DNA of 64,000 nucleotides from an uncultured bacterium (GTDB lineage Bacteria > Omnitrophota > Omnitrophia > Omnitrophales > Abzuiibacteriaceae). Numbering within the stretch: the first letter of the stretch is position 1; every line of letters begins with the position of its first letter. Below the pieces are notes generated by a model, which did no database searches, had not been told where the DNA came from, and saw only the letters and a list, made by a program, of their open reading frames with translations. The translations under genes and the position numbers were made by a program. Below, piece by piece: positions 17,558-27,025 of this stretch. The stretch is from positions 96,001 through 160,000 of the forward strand of contig CAYLXA010000002.1 of assembly GCA_964387845.1 (NCBI GenBank). Direction: 5' to 3'.

Positions 17558-19737
17558 AGCGAAGAATTTGTGTAGTTACTAGTTCGCGCGCCGATTTTGG
17601 TCATCTGCAGTGGGTCATGACCTATCTGAAAAAAGATCCGAGAGTTCGCTTGCAAGTTGTGGTGACCGGCTCACACTTATCTCGCGCGCATGGAACCACC
17701 TTGCGCGAAATTCAGGACGCGGGAATTTCTGAATCTGCTCGGATTCCAATCATTGCAAAAGGGGATTCTGTTGTTGCGATAACGCAAGCGGCTGGAATGG
17801 CATTGAGCAGATTTGCAAAGGTCTTTGACAGGCTCAAACCCGAATTGCTGCTGGTTGTGGGAGATCGTTATGAAATTCATTCGGCCGTAACGGCGGCGCT
17901 TCTCGCTAAAATTCCGGTTGCACATATTGCCGGTGGCGACATTACGGAAGGGGCATTCGATGACGCGTTGCGGCACAGTATCACCAAAATGGCTCATTTG
18001 CACTTTGTGACAAATGCCGTGTCGGCGAAACGAATTCGGCACATGGGAGAAAACCCTTCGCATATTTTTAACGTTGGAAATCCTGCGCTTGACCATGTAA
18101 CGAAATCAAAATTATTCACTAAAAACGAAATTGAGGAGAAGCTTGCTTTCAAAATGCGCTCACGCAATATCTTGATTACGTTTCATCCGGTTACGCTGGA
18201 CACCGAACCATCTGACCGGCAATTTAAACAGTTGCTGAGCTCGCTGAATCGGTTGGGAGACGAATATGGCCTTATTTTTACTAGGCCCAACGCGGATCCG
18301 GCAGGACAAAAGATATCTAAATTGATCGATCATTTTGTCAAAACGCATTCAAACGCTATTGTAAAAGCCTCGCTAGGTCATTTGTTATACTTAAGCATCA
18401 TGAATGAAGTTGATTTGGTTGTCGGAAATTCATCAAGCGGGATTTATGAGGCGCCAACATTTAAAATTCCCACAGTTAACATCGGAAACCGGCAAAAAGG
18501 CCGCTTGCGAGCGGCTTCTGTGATTGATTGCGCGCCGAGCAGGGCGGCAATTAGCCGAGCAATTCGGTCAGCTCTAGCAAAGGATTGCTCGCAGGTTGAA
18601 AATCCTTACGGACGGGGAAATAGTTCCGAGCAAATTTATAAGATTATTCGCTCTGTCCAGAACCCAAAAACACTAATTCAAAAGAAATTTTATGATGCCG
18701 GCGTGCCCACTAAAACTGGGCCGGTTTATGTGATCGCCGAAGCGGGGGTGAATCATGGCGGCTCGCTGAAACTTGCAAAAAAACTGATCGACGCAGCTTC
18801 GCAAGCCGGCGCTAATGCGGTCAAGTTTCAAACTTTTGATTCGGATATGCTGGTAACGCGACAAGCTAAAAAAGCAAAATACCAGCAAGACACAACCGGC
18901 AAAAATGGGTCTCAATATGAAATGCTCAAAAAATTAGAACTCAGCCAGAAAGATCATTTTGCGCTGAAAGCTCACTGCAAAAAAAGAAAAATTGATTTTT
19001 TATCGACCCCTTTTGATTTAAAAAGCCTTGATTTCTTAATCAACAATCTGCAGGTCCGGAAAATTAAAATATCTTCAGGCGATATTACCAACGGGCCGCT
19101 ACTGTTGAAAGCTGCGGAATCAAAACTTCCGATTATTTTATCAACCGGAATGTCAACGCTTGACGAAATTGAAGCTGCCGTAAGATTGATCGAGAAAGGA
19201 TATCGATCCAGCGCCTCTCTTTTAAAATCAAACTTAAAACTGCTTCATTGTACAAGCGAATATCCGGCCTCATTTTCTGATATGAATTTGTTATCGATCG
19301 ATTTTTTAAGAAATTATTTTCAATTGGATGCCGGGCTGTCAGATCATTCGAGCGGGATAGCAGCTGCAATTGCAGCCGTAGGGCGCGGCGCATCCATTAT
19401 TGAAAAACACATTACTTTGAATAAAAGCATGGCAGGCCCCGATCACCGCGCATCGCTTGATCCGAATGAGTTTCGAGAACTGGTTCGATCAATTCGCCAA
19501 GTCGAAGAAGCTATGGGATCCTACGTAAAAAGGCCGGCAGCGTCAGAATTAAAAAACCGAAGCGCAGCCAGAAAGAGCATCGTCGCTTCCAAGCCGATTA
19601 AACGCGGAGAAAGGCTGACCCGTCACAATCTGGCGCTGAAGCGTCCCGGTGTCGGGATCAGCCCCATGAATCTTTCGGAAGTCATAGGACGACTATCAAC
19701 CAAAAATTATAAAAAAGACGATATCATTGTTATCTAA
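17554..19737 (+). CDS. bifunctional fusion: N-terminal hydrolysing UDP/GDP-HexNAc 2-epimerase (NeuC/LegG-like) + C-terminal nonulosonic acid synthase with SAF domain (NeuB/LegI-like)
   Basis: N-term RICVVTSSRADFGHL...VVTGSHL, LLVVGDRYEIHS (NeuC family); C-term YVIAEAGVNHGGSL...NAVKFQTF, LLHCTSEYPA, SDHSSG (NeuB TIM barrel) and C-terminal SAF/antifreeze-like domain. Confidence 0.8.
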   Translation: MKRRICVVTSSRADFGHLQWVMTYLKKDPRVRLQVVVTGSHLSRAHGTTLREIQDAGISESARIPIIAKGDSVVAITQAAGMALSRFAKVFDRLKPELLLVVGDRYEIHSAVTAALLAKIPVAHIAGGDITEGAFDDALRHSITKMAHLHFVTNAVSAKRIRHMGENPSHIFNVGNPALDHVTKSKLFTKNEIEEKLAFKMRSRNILITFHPVTLDTEPSDRQFKQLLSSLNRLGDEYGLIFTRPNADPAGQKISKLIDHFVKTHSNAIVKASLGHLLYLSIMNEVDLVVGNSSSGIYEAPTFKIPTVNIGNRQKGRLRAASVIDCAPSRAAISRAIRSALAKDCSQVENPYGRGNSSEQIYKIIRSVQNPKTLIQKKFYDAGVPTKTGPVYVIAEAGVNHGGSLKLAKKLIDAASQAGANAVKFQTFDSDMLVTRQAKKAKYQQDTTGKNGSQYEMLKKLELSQKDHFALKAHCKKRKIDFLSTPFDLKSLDFLINNLQVRKIKISSGDITNGPLLLKAAESKLPIILSTGMSTLDEIEAAVRLIEKGYRSSASLLKSNLKLLHCTSEYPASFSDMNLLSIDFLRNYFQLDAGLSDHSSGIAAAIAAVGRGASIIEKHITLNKSMAGPDHRASLDPNEFRELVRSIRQVEEAMGSYVKRPAASELKNRSAARKSIVASKPIKRGERLTRHNLALKRPGVGISPMNLSEVIGRLSTKNYKKDDIIVI

Positions 19738-19746
19738 AGACGCGTC

Positions 19747-20340
19747 ATGAGAGAAGAGATTGATAAACCCATTATTGTGATTGGGGCTGGAGGGCATGCC
19801 AAAGTCCTGATCGACGCACTGCGGTTAATGGGATGCCAGGTGTTGGGCGCAACCGAAAAAAAACCGGAAATAATTGATCAGGCAAAACTTCCGGTGAAGC
19901 TTTTGGGAAACGACGATGAAATATTAAAGCATTCACCCGACAGCATACTGCTCGTTAACGGTGTAGGCCAAGTTGGGGTAGGGCCAAGTCGCTCTCAGAT
20001 ATTTGATAGATATAAATCAAAAGGCTATCGGTTTGCAATCATCCAACATCCCCGAGCCGTTGTCGCGGCTGATGTTGAATTGCATGAGGGCGCACAAATT
20101 ATGGCTGGTGCAATCATTCAAACTGCTTCCAAAATTGGCTGTAACACCATTGTGAATACAGGCGCATCGATTGACCATGATTGCCAAATTGAAAGCCATG
20201 TCCATATTGCGCCTGGAGCCATTTTGTGCGGGATGGTTGAAGTGGGAGAGGGATCTCATATTGGCGTTGGTGCTATTCTCATTAACAATACAAAAGTGCC
20301 GCGAAACAGTTTTATTAAGTCCGGTACTCTGGTGAAGTAA
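19747..20340 (+). CDS. NeuD/PglD/LegH-family sugar N-acetyltransferase (hexapeptide repeat, left-handed beta-helix)
   Basis: N-terminal IIVIGAGGHAKVLIDAL Rossmann-like segment followed by hexapeptide repeats (IGCNTIVNTGASIDHDCQI...). Confidence 0.7.
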   Translation: MREEIDKPIIVIGAGGHAKVLIDALRLMGCQVLGATEKKPEIIDQAKLPVKLLGNDDEILKHSPDSILLVNGVGQVGVGPSRSQIFDRYKSKGYRFAIIQHPRAVVAADVELHEGAQIMAGAIIQTASKIGCNTIVNTGASIDHDCQIESHVHIAPGAILCGMVEVGEGSHIGVGAILINNTKVPRNSFIKSGTLVK

Positions 20341-20350
20341 GGAGTTTGTT

Positions 20351-21397
20351 ATGGAAATTTGGAAAAAAACGCTCGTATCAAAGTTAACGCCGATCAAAGA
20401 AGTGATTAAAGTAATCGATGCGGGATCTTTGCAAATTGCTTTGGTCGTTGATGAAAATTATAAGCTTTTAGGAACCGTTACCGACGGTGATGTTCGCCGC
20501 GGCATTTTAAAAAACATATCCATGAATGATCCCGTGCACAAAATTATGCAGTCGAAACCAGTCATTGCAAAACTGGGCGAGGAGCGAGAAAAAGTTTTGG
20601 TACGCATGAAAGAAAAGCAGATCAATCAAATTCCATATCTTGATCAAGCGGGGCGTGTCAAAGGACTTGAAGTTATCCATGATTTGCTTAACGGATCCGC
20701 AAAAGATAATCCTGTATTATTGATGGTGGGCGGCCTGGGAAGCCGGCTGCAACCAATCACAAACGATCTTCCGAAGCCGCTCATTAAAGTCGGTGGCAAG
20801 CCGATTTTGGAACGCATTTTAGAGGATTTGATTGAATACGGCTTCCGGAAGTTTTACTTTTCCGTATTTTATAAATCCGAAATGATTCAAGAATATTTCG
20901 GTGATGGCAGCCGCTGGGATGTGGAAATTCGGTATATTCGCGAGCAAAAGAGAATGGGCACTGCCGGCGCCTTGAGCCTTCTTCCTGAAAAGCCTTCGGC
21001 ACCAATTTTAATTATGAACGGAGATTTGGTTACAAAAGTTAATTTTCAGCATCTTTTTGATTTTCATCAGCAGCAATCCGGCGATTTGACCGTGTGCGTC
21101 CGTGAGTATGATTTTCAAGTGCCTTACGGCGTTATTAAAATGAACGGTCATCTTATTTCAGGCATCGACGAAAAACCGGTGCATAAGTTTTTTGTAAACG
21201 CCGGAATTTATTTGATGGAGCCTGCGCTTTTGCGAAACATATCCAAAAACCGTTTTTTAGACATGACCCAGCTGATTGAAAAATTGAAGTCCAAAAAGAA
21301 AATTCTCGCATTTCCGATCCGTGAATATTGGCTCGATATCGGCCGGCACGACGACTTAAAGCGTGCAACCGAAGAAATCGAGTCGTTGTTTAAATAA
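20351..21397 (+). CDS. CBS-domain pair fused to sugar-phosphate nucleotidyltransferase (PtmE-like)
   Basis: Two CBS-like segments at N-term then LLMVGGLGSRLQPITNDLPKPLIKVGGKPILE nucleotidyltransferase signature; strong RBS AAGGAG. Confidence 0.65.
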   Translation: MEIWKKTLVSKLTPIKEVIKVIDAGSLQIALVVDENYKLLGTVTDGDVRRGILKNISMNDPVHKIMQSKPVIAKLGEEREKVLVRMKEKQINQIPYLDQAGRVKGLEVIHDLLNGSAKDNPVLLMVGGLGSRLQPITNDLPKPLIKVGGKPILERILEDLIEYGFRKFYFSVFYKSEMIQEYFGDGSRWDVEIRYIREQKRMGTAGALSLLPEKPSAPILIMNGDLVTKVNFQHLFDFHQQQSGDLTVCVREYDFQVPYGVIKMNGHLISGIDEKPVHKFFVNAGIYLMEPALLRNISKNRFLDMTQLIEKLKSKKKILAFPIREYWLDIGRHDDLKRATEEIESLFK

Positions 21398-21420
21398 GCC
21401 GTCGTGGCTCCTCAAGATTT

Positions 21421-22224
21421 ATGAACTCATCAACCGTACCCCAAATCAGCATTTTACTTTGTGTTCACAACGGTGAACGAACAGTTGAGCAAGCGATCAA
21501 CAGTCTTCTTGCTCAGACGTTTAAGGATTTTGAGCTCATCGTGATCAATGATGGGTCAACCGATTCTACTCTCGCTCAGTTAGAGAAATTTCAAGACCCA
21601 AGAATCTTCATTCAAAGCATCCCCCGGCGCGGACTCACGAAAGCGCTCAATGTGGGGCTTGCTCAATGCCGCGGTGAATTCATTGCGCGCGTCGATGCTG
21701 ATGATGTTGCGCTGCCTAATCGGCTTGAGCGCCAGGCTGTATTCTTAAATAAGCATCGAAGCGTGGGCGTGATTGGGACCGGGTATGAAATTTTAACTGA
21801 AAACGGTTCGCGAAAACGGGCGACCGTCCCTCTCCTGGAAACCGATTATGAAATCAAGCAAGCTCTTCCGAAATTTAACCCGTTTCACCACGGGTCAGTC
21901 ATGATTCGCCGGCAAATTTTGATCGAAGAGGGCGGCTATGATGAAAATTTTAAACTGGCTCAGGATTATGAACTGTGGCTCAGGCTATCAGGACGTTGCC
22001 AAATGGCTAATATCGGGGAAGTTCTGATGGTGCGCAGAGAGGGCCGAGAAACACTCAAAAAAGAACGCGAACAAAATTGGTACGGAATCAAGGCCAGATT
22101 GAAAGCAATTCAGCGAGGGAATTTAAGTTTTTGGAACGTGATCTACATTCTTCGCCCATTTTTAGTTGTGCTAACACCGGACTGGATAAAATCCGTTATT
22201 CGAAAATTGATCCGAAATGCCTAA
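21421..22224 (+). CDS. glycosyltransferase family 2
   Basis: ISILLCVHNGERTVEQAINSLLAQTFKDFELIVINDGSTDST (GT2 N-terminal signature), DxD-type ARVDADD. Confidence 0.7.
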   Translation: MNSSTVPQISILLCVHNGERTVEQAINSLLAQTFKDFELIVINDGSTDSTLAQLEKFQDPRIFIQSIPRRGLTKALNVGLAQCRGEFIARVDADDVALPNRLERQAVFLNKHRSVGVIGTGYEILTENGSRKRATVPLLETDYEIKQALPKFNPFHHGSVMIRRQILIEEGGYDENFKLAQDYELWLRLSGRCQMANIGEVLMVRREGRETLKKEREQNWYGIKARLKAIQRGNLSFWNVIYILRPFLVVLTPDWIKSVIRKLIRNA

Positions 22225-24412
22225 AATTAAAATCCTATTCATTGATTCTCGCGGAGACTTTGGCGGGGGATCGAACCATCTGCTGTCCATTTTGGAATCT
22301 CTGGATCCGAATAAATTCGACGCATTTGTTGCAGCGCCGTCCGGTCAAGGCAATTCGGAGAAATACCGGAAACTTTGCCGTGCATTCTGTGATATTCCAT
22401 TCCGGAAATTTTCACTCGATGCTTTTCGTGATTTAGTTGAGTTTGCCGAAACCCACCAAGTTCATTTTGTCCATTCCCACGGCCGCGGGGCTGGCATCTA
22501 TAGCCGCTTTATTTTTTGGAAAACCAAAATTCCGGCCATTCATACTTTTCACGGAATTTCTTATGGATTCTTCGGAGCATTCATCGACCGCTTTTTAAAA
22601 AAATGGACAGCCAGGTTTATCCATGTTTCTGATTCTGAGCGGGAAGCCGCGGCTAATCTTGGGGTTTCCGATCCGCGCAGGGCAGTGACCATCTACAACG
22701 GGATCGACTACAGGTGTTTTCAATCGGGTAAAAGCAGAAAAGATGCAAAAGCATCGCTTGGGTTAAGTTTAGATCATTTTGTCATTGGATGCGTGGCTAG
22801 ATTTGATGCTTGCAAGCGCCACCAAGATTTAATCGAAGCCTTGGCTTTATTGACTACTCGCTATCCCAATCTGCGTTTAGTGCTGGCTGGTGACGGCGAA
22901 ACGCGTATAAAGATCGAGCAATTGGCAAATGAATGTGGTGTCTTGGGTAAAGTTTTATTTTTGGGAGAACAAAAAAATCCTCAAATCGTTTATGCGGCAT
23001 CTGATGTATTCGTGCTCGCATCCGAATTTGAGGGCCTTCCTTTAGCGCCTCTGGAGGCGATGGCAGCGGGTTGTGCGGTTGTGTTATCGAATGTGCGCGG
23101 CAACCGGGATGTGGTTCAGGATGAAAAAGACGGCCTGCTATTCGAAGCAAAAAATCCGGAAGCGCTTGCTGCTGCCATTGCGCGGTTAATCGGCAGCCAG
23201 GAGCTGCAGTCAAGACTTATCGAATCGGCCCACAGGACCGTGATTGAGCGATTTTCCATCGATCGCATGCGTGCACAAATTTATGCTTTTTATGAAACCC
23301 TTGTTCCGGTTCCGAAATTCCGGAAAGCCGCGTTGACGCACGACTGGCTTTTTCATATGCGCGGAGGGGAAAAAGTTTTGGAGTCCATCGGAGAACTTTT
23401 TCCGCTTGCGCCCATCTACACGCTTTTTCTCGATCAGAAAAAACTGTCTGAATCCATTAACCGGCACCAGATAATTGCCTCGTGGCTGAACCAGATCCCT
23501 CTCATTGCCGGGTTTTACCGGTATCTACTCCCCCTATTTCCGTTGGTGATGAAGCAATTTGATATCAAAGATCATCTTTTAATCGTTAGCAGCAATCACT
23601 GCGCTGCTAAATCTATCTCGAAGGGGAGGCGCGCGCTACACATTTGCTATTGTCACGCACCAATGCGCTACGCATGGGGTTTTGAATCAGAATATTTTGG
23701 CCGGTTTCCGTTTTTTCTCCGCAGTCTGATCAGGACAGTTCTGAGCTGGCTTCGTTATCGCGATCTCGGATCTAATCCCGGCGTCGATCACTTTATTGCA
23801 AACTCTCAGAATATTAGAAAACGCATCAACCAATACTATGCAAGAGAAGCTGATGTGATTTACCCGCCGATTCAGAAGCGGTTGAAACAGTGTGAGCCTG
23901 CCCAATCGAGCGAGTACTTGATTGTCTCGGCGCTCGTTCCTTACAAACGGATCGATATAGCCGTGCAGGCATTCAACGAATTACAGCTTCCGCTAACAAT
24001 CATCGGGTCCGGCCCCTTATTGCCATCTCTGCAAAAGCAAGCGAAATCGAATATCCGGTTTTTGGGTTGGCAGCCTGATCATGAAGTCGCAAAATATTAT
24101 GCCAGCTGCAAAGCGCTCATTTTTCCGACCGAAGAAGACTTTGGCATGGTTCCGGTTGAGGCAATGATGTACGGAAAGCCGGTGATTGCGTTTGCGTGCG
24201 GCGGCGCGCTTGAAACCGTGATTCCCGGAAAAACAGGACTGCTTTTTGATGCACAAACACCGGAAGCGCTAACCAACGCCGTAAAACAGTTTTCCATTAA
24301 TCAGTTTGACTCTAAAGCCATTACAGCCTATGCTCAGAAATTTAGCGCCGAGCACTTTAATGATGCCGTTATAAAACTTTTGTCGGAATTTACCAATGGT
24401 CAAGCAAACTAA
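22217..24412 (+). CDS. two-module GT4 glycosyltransferase (tandem GT-B domains)
   Basis: 731 aa; first module ends with EFEGLPLAPLEAMAAGCAVV (EX7E), second with EDFGMVPVEAMMYGKPVIAF; ATG overlaps upstream stop. Confidence 0.6.
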   Translation: MPKIKILFIDSRGDFGGGSNHLLSILESLDPNKFDAFVAAPSGQGNSEKYRKLCRAFCDIPFRKFSLDAFRDLVEFAETHQVHFVHSHGRGAGIYSRFIFWKTKIPAIHTFHGISYGFFGAFIDRFLKKWTARFIHVSDSEREAAANLGVSDPRRAVTIYNGIDYRCFQSGKSRKDAKASLGLSLDHFVIGCVARFDACKRHQDLIEALALLTTRYPNLRLVLAGDGETRIKIEQLANECGVLGKVLFLGEQKNPQIVYAASDVFVLASEFEGLPLAPLEAMAAGCAVVLSNVRGNRDVVQDEKDGLLFEAKNPEALAAAIARLIGSQELQSRLIESAHRTVIERFSIDRMRAQIYAFYETLVPVPKFRKAALTHDWLFHMRGGEKVLESIGELFPLAPIYTLFLDQKKLSESINRHQIIASWLNQIPLIAGFYRYLLPLFPLVMKQFDIKDHLLIVSSNHCAAKSISKGRRALHICYCHAPMRYAWGFESEYFGRFPFFLRSLIRTVLSWLRYRDLGSNPGVDHFIANSQNIRKRINQYYAREADVIYPPIQKRLKQCEPAQSSEYLIVSALVPYKRIDIAVQAFNELQLPLTIIGSGPLLPSLQKQAKSNIRFLGWQPDHEVAKYYASCKALIFPTEEDFGMVPVEAMMYGKPVIAFACGGALETVIPGKTGLLFDAQTPEALTNAVKQFSINQFDSKAITAYAQKFSAEHFNDAVIKLLSEFTNGQAN

Positions 24413-25616
24413 AGCAGTTCTTATTTTGGATCAAATAGTACATATTGCGGTAGCGCTTGCTATCATGTCTTATATTTTTTCACGTGGGCTCTTGCTTGTC
24501 GGTATTTATACAGCGCTGATTGCTTGGCTGCTTGGCCGAATCTTAAAGCGAAAGACCATGCTTCCGCACACAGAGTGGAATATTTATCTGGGAATTATTT
24601 TGACTGCACTCATAGCTTCGGTGATCGTAAACGGAAATTGGTACGAAGGAGCGCGGGGCCTGCACAAGTGGCTAAGAGCTCTATTGCTATTTCTATTTGC
24701 CGCTGATTACCTGAGAGATAAGGAAAGCAAAAAAAACGTTTTACTGGCCCTTGGCACCGCGTTTTTGGTTGCTGTACTAGACGGGATTGCGCAGTATTTT
24801 ACTGGCAGAGACTGGATCCGCGGATTTGAGCTTGGGTATGCCGATTTTGTACCGCGCGTGACTTCATCGTTTGGTTATTTTGGCATGTTCGCTTCGTTCC
24901 TGGTCATGGCAGGGCCTATTGTATTTTGGTTTTTTTGGAAAAATTCTTCAAAACTAATCCGTTACGGACTTCTAGGAATTTCAATGTCTTTGGGTCTTCT
25001 AAATCTTTATCTGACTCGGGCGCGCGGTGCGTGGATTTCGCTGGCAGCAATGTTCGTTGCTTATTTGGTAATTACAAAGCGATGGGTCATGATTACGGTG
25101 CTGGCAGTAGCAACCGCTGCATTTTTGTTTTTACTGCCTCGCGACATTGTGCTGCACAGTCCAAAGGAAGTGGGAATCGACAAAACAATTCACCACCGCA
25201 TAATCTTATCCAACGAAGCCCTGACGATTTGGAGAGCGAACCCGCTTTTTGGATGCGGGCTTAATACGTATGTGCAGAATGTGGAAAAATATAATTTACC
25301 AAATTCACATGAGGTTAGAAATTATTACGCTCACAATGGCTACCTTCAATATGGCGCAGAGACCGGTATTGTTGGTTTTTTAGCGCTCGTATTCTTTTTA
25401 TTTCGGTATGGGATGGTGGCTATCTATAAATGCATTACTGAGCGCGCCGCTAGATTTTCTTTGAATCACGCATTATTAGTTTCAAACGGCAGTTTCCTCT
25501 TTTACATGTTTTTTGATACAATTTTTCACAATTTACAGCCATTTTTACTTTTTTGGTTTTTGCTTGGTTGGCATGCGTCTGTATTGCGGTATTCCCATGA
25601 AAACATTACGTCATAG
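24396..25616 (+). CDS. O-antigen ligase / Wzy_C-family membrane protein (WaaL-, Wzy- or PglL-like)
   Basis: ~11 TM helices; conserved LTRARGAWISL and HNGYLQYGAETG motifs of the O-antigen ligase family; start uncertain (alternative ATG 24465). Confidence 0.6.
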   Translation: MVKQTKAVLILDQIVHIAVALAIMSYIFSRGLLLVGIYTALIAWLLGRILKRKTMLPHTEWNIYLGIILTALIASVIVNGNWYEGARGLHKWLRALLLFLFAADYLRDKESKKNVLLALGTAFLVAVLDGIAQYFTGRDWIRGFELGYADFVPRVTSSFGYFGMFASFLVMAGPIVFWFFWKNSSKLIRYGLLGISMSLGLLNLYLTRARGAWISLAAMFVAYLVITKRWVMITVLAVATAAFLFLLPRDIVLHSPKEVGIDKTIHHRIILSNEALTIWRANPLFGCGLNTYVQNVEKYNLPNSHEVRNYYAHNGYLQYGAETGIVGFLALVFFLFRYGMVAIYKCITERAARFSLNHALLVSNGSFLFYMFFDTIFHNLQPFLLFWFLLGWHASVLRYSHENITS

Positions 25617-27024
25617 ACGGAAGCGGAAAGGCGACTTTTTATCTTCTGTTATATTCCTAGCGTCCGATATTGCATCAATCTCAGCCGCGTTTGTTGTAGC
25701 TTATTTGGCGCGGTTCGACTGGCTCCAAAATTTCTTTCAAAAAGAGCCGCCCGACTTTAACCGGTACTTGTATGTGCTACCGGTAGTGATTGCCATCTTT
25801 ATCGCCACATTCCGGCAAAAGCAAATTTACGTTTTTGATACGCTTCGGAGGCGCCTCGATGAGATCGGTATTCTTTTTGCTTCGGTCGTTATTGCCGGCA
25901 TCCTGCTGATGGCACTCACGTTCTTGTACCGTGATTTTTCATATTCAAGAACATTTTTTGCCCTTCATTTAATCTTGTCATTTGTATTAATTTGTTTTTT
26001 TAGACATTTAGCCTATTGGCTGGATGGTGCAGTTAGATTAGCGACCGGAACCCGGATTCGGATTCTGGTAATGGGCGCTAACCGCAGCGCGCGTCAAATT
26101 ATTCGCCGAATTAACAAGAGCTACCGGAATCGATATGAGGTTGTCGGTGTATTGACAGGAGGGAAATCTCACGGTGAAAAGCATTTTGAACAGGCGCCGA
26201 TTGTCGGAAGTCTTGAGGATGTCTTTAAAAAAATGCCGCAGCTAAACGCCGATGAAGTGATTTTGACGGTTTCCGATTTTCCGGATGAAAAACTAACCGA
26301 GCTTTTCCTGAAATGCGAGAATGAAATGGTTTCATTTCTTAAAATTCCAGATTTATTCGGCATTTTCACAAGCGGAGTGGATATTCATTATATTGACAAC
26401 GTCCCTTTGATCGGGATTAAAAAATCGCCGCTCGATAAATTTGTGAACCGGCTTTTTAAGAGGTCTTTTGACCTTGCCACATCCCTGGTCGGCGTTGTTT
26501 TGCTCTCACCGGTTTATGTGGTGATTGCCATATTGGTAAAATGCACGGACGGCGGGCCGATTTTGTATCGCCAGGACCGGACCGGGATGGACGGGCGGAG
26601 TTTTTTTATGTATAAATTCAGAACCATGCGCGTAGATGCCGAATCGAAGTCAGGGCCCGTATGGGCAGTGGCTGACGATCAGCGGGTGACATCGGTCGGG
26701 AAATTTTTACGCCGCTTTAATCTCGATGAATTGCCGCAGTTTTTTAACGTTTTGCGCGGAGAAATGAGTATCGTGGGGCCCCGTCCGGAGCGCCCTCACT
26801 TTGTAGGGAAATTCCGCGACCAAGTGCCTCGATACATGGCGCGTCACAAAATCAAATCCGGAATCACAGGATGGGCACAAGTAAACGGCTTTCGCGGTAA
26901 CACGTCTATCGCGGAGCGCACCAAATACGACCTCTATTATTATGAAAATTGGTCGTTATTCTTAGACATTAAAATCATTCTCCTAACTTTGTTTTCACCG
27001 AAAGGTTTTCAAAACGCGTATTGA
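25597..27024 (+). CDS. polyprenyl-phosphate sugar phosphotransferase (WbaP/EpsB-like initiating transferase)
   Basis: N-terminal TM helices, central Rossmann-like domain, C-terminal bacterial sugar transferase domain ([25 protein letters not shown]); start chosen at MKTLRHRRK. Confidence 0.75.
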   Translation: MKTLRHRRKRKGDFLSSVIFLASDIASISAAFVVAYLARFDWLQNFFQKEPPDFNRYLYVLPVVIAIFIATFRQKQIYVFDTLRRRLDEIGILFASVVIAGILLMALTFLYRDFSYSRTFFALHLILSFVLICFFRHLAYWLDGAVRLATGTRIRILVMGANRSARQIIRRINKSYRNRYEVVGVLTGGKSHGEKHFEQAPIVGSLEDVFKKMPQLNADEVILTVSDFPDEKLTELFLKCENEMVSFLKIPDLFGIFTSGVDIHYIDNVPLIGIKKSPLDKFVNRLFKRSFDLATSLVGVVLLSPVYVVIAILVKCTDGGPILYRQDRTGMDGRSFFMYKFRTMRVDAESKSGPVWAVADDQRVTSVGKFLRRFNLDELPQFFNVLRGEMSIVGPRPERPHFVGKFRDQVPRYMARHKIKSGITGWAQVNGFRGNTSIAERTKYDLYYYENWSLFLDIKIILLTLFSPKGFQNAY

Positions 27025-27025
27025 T

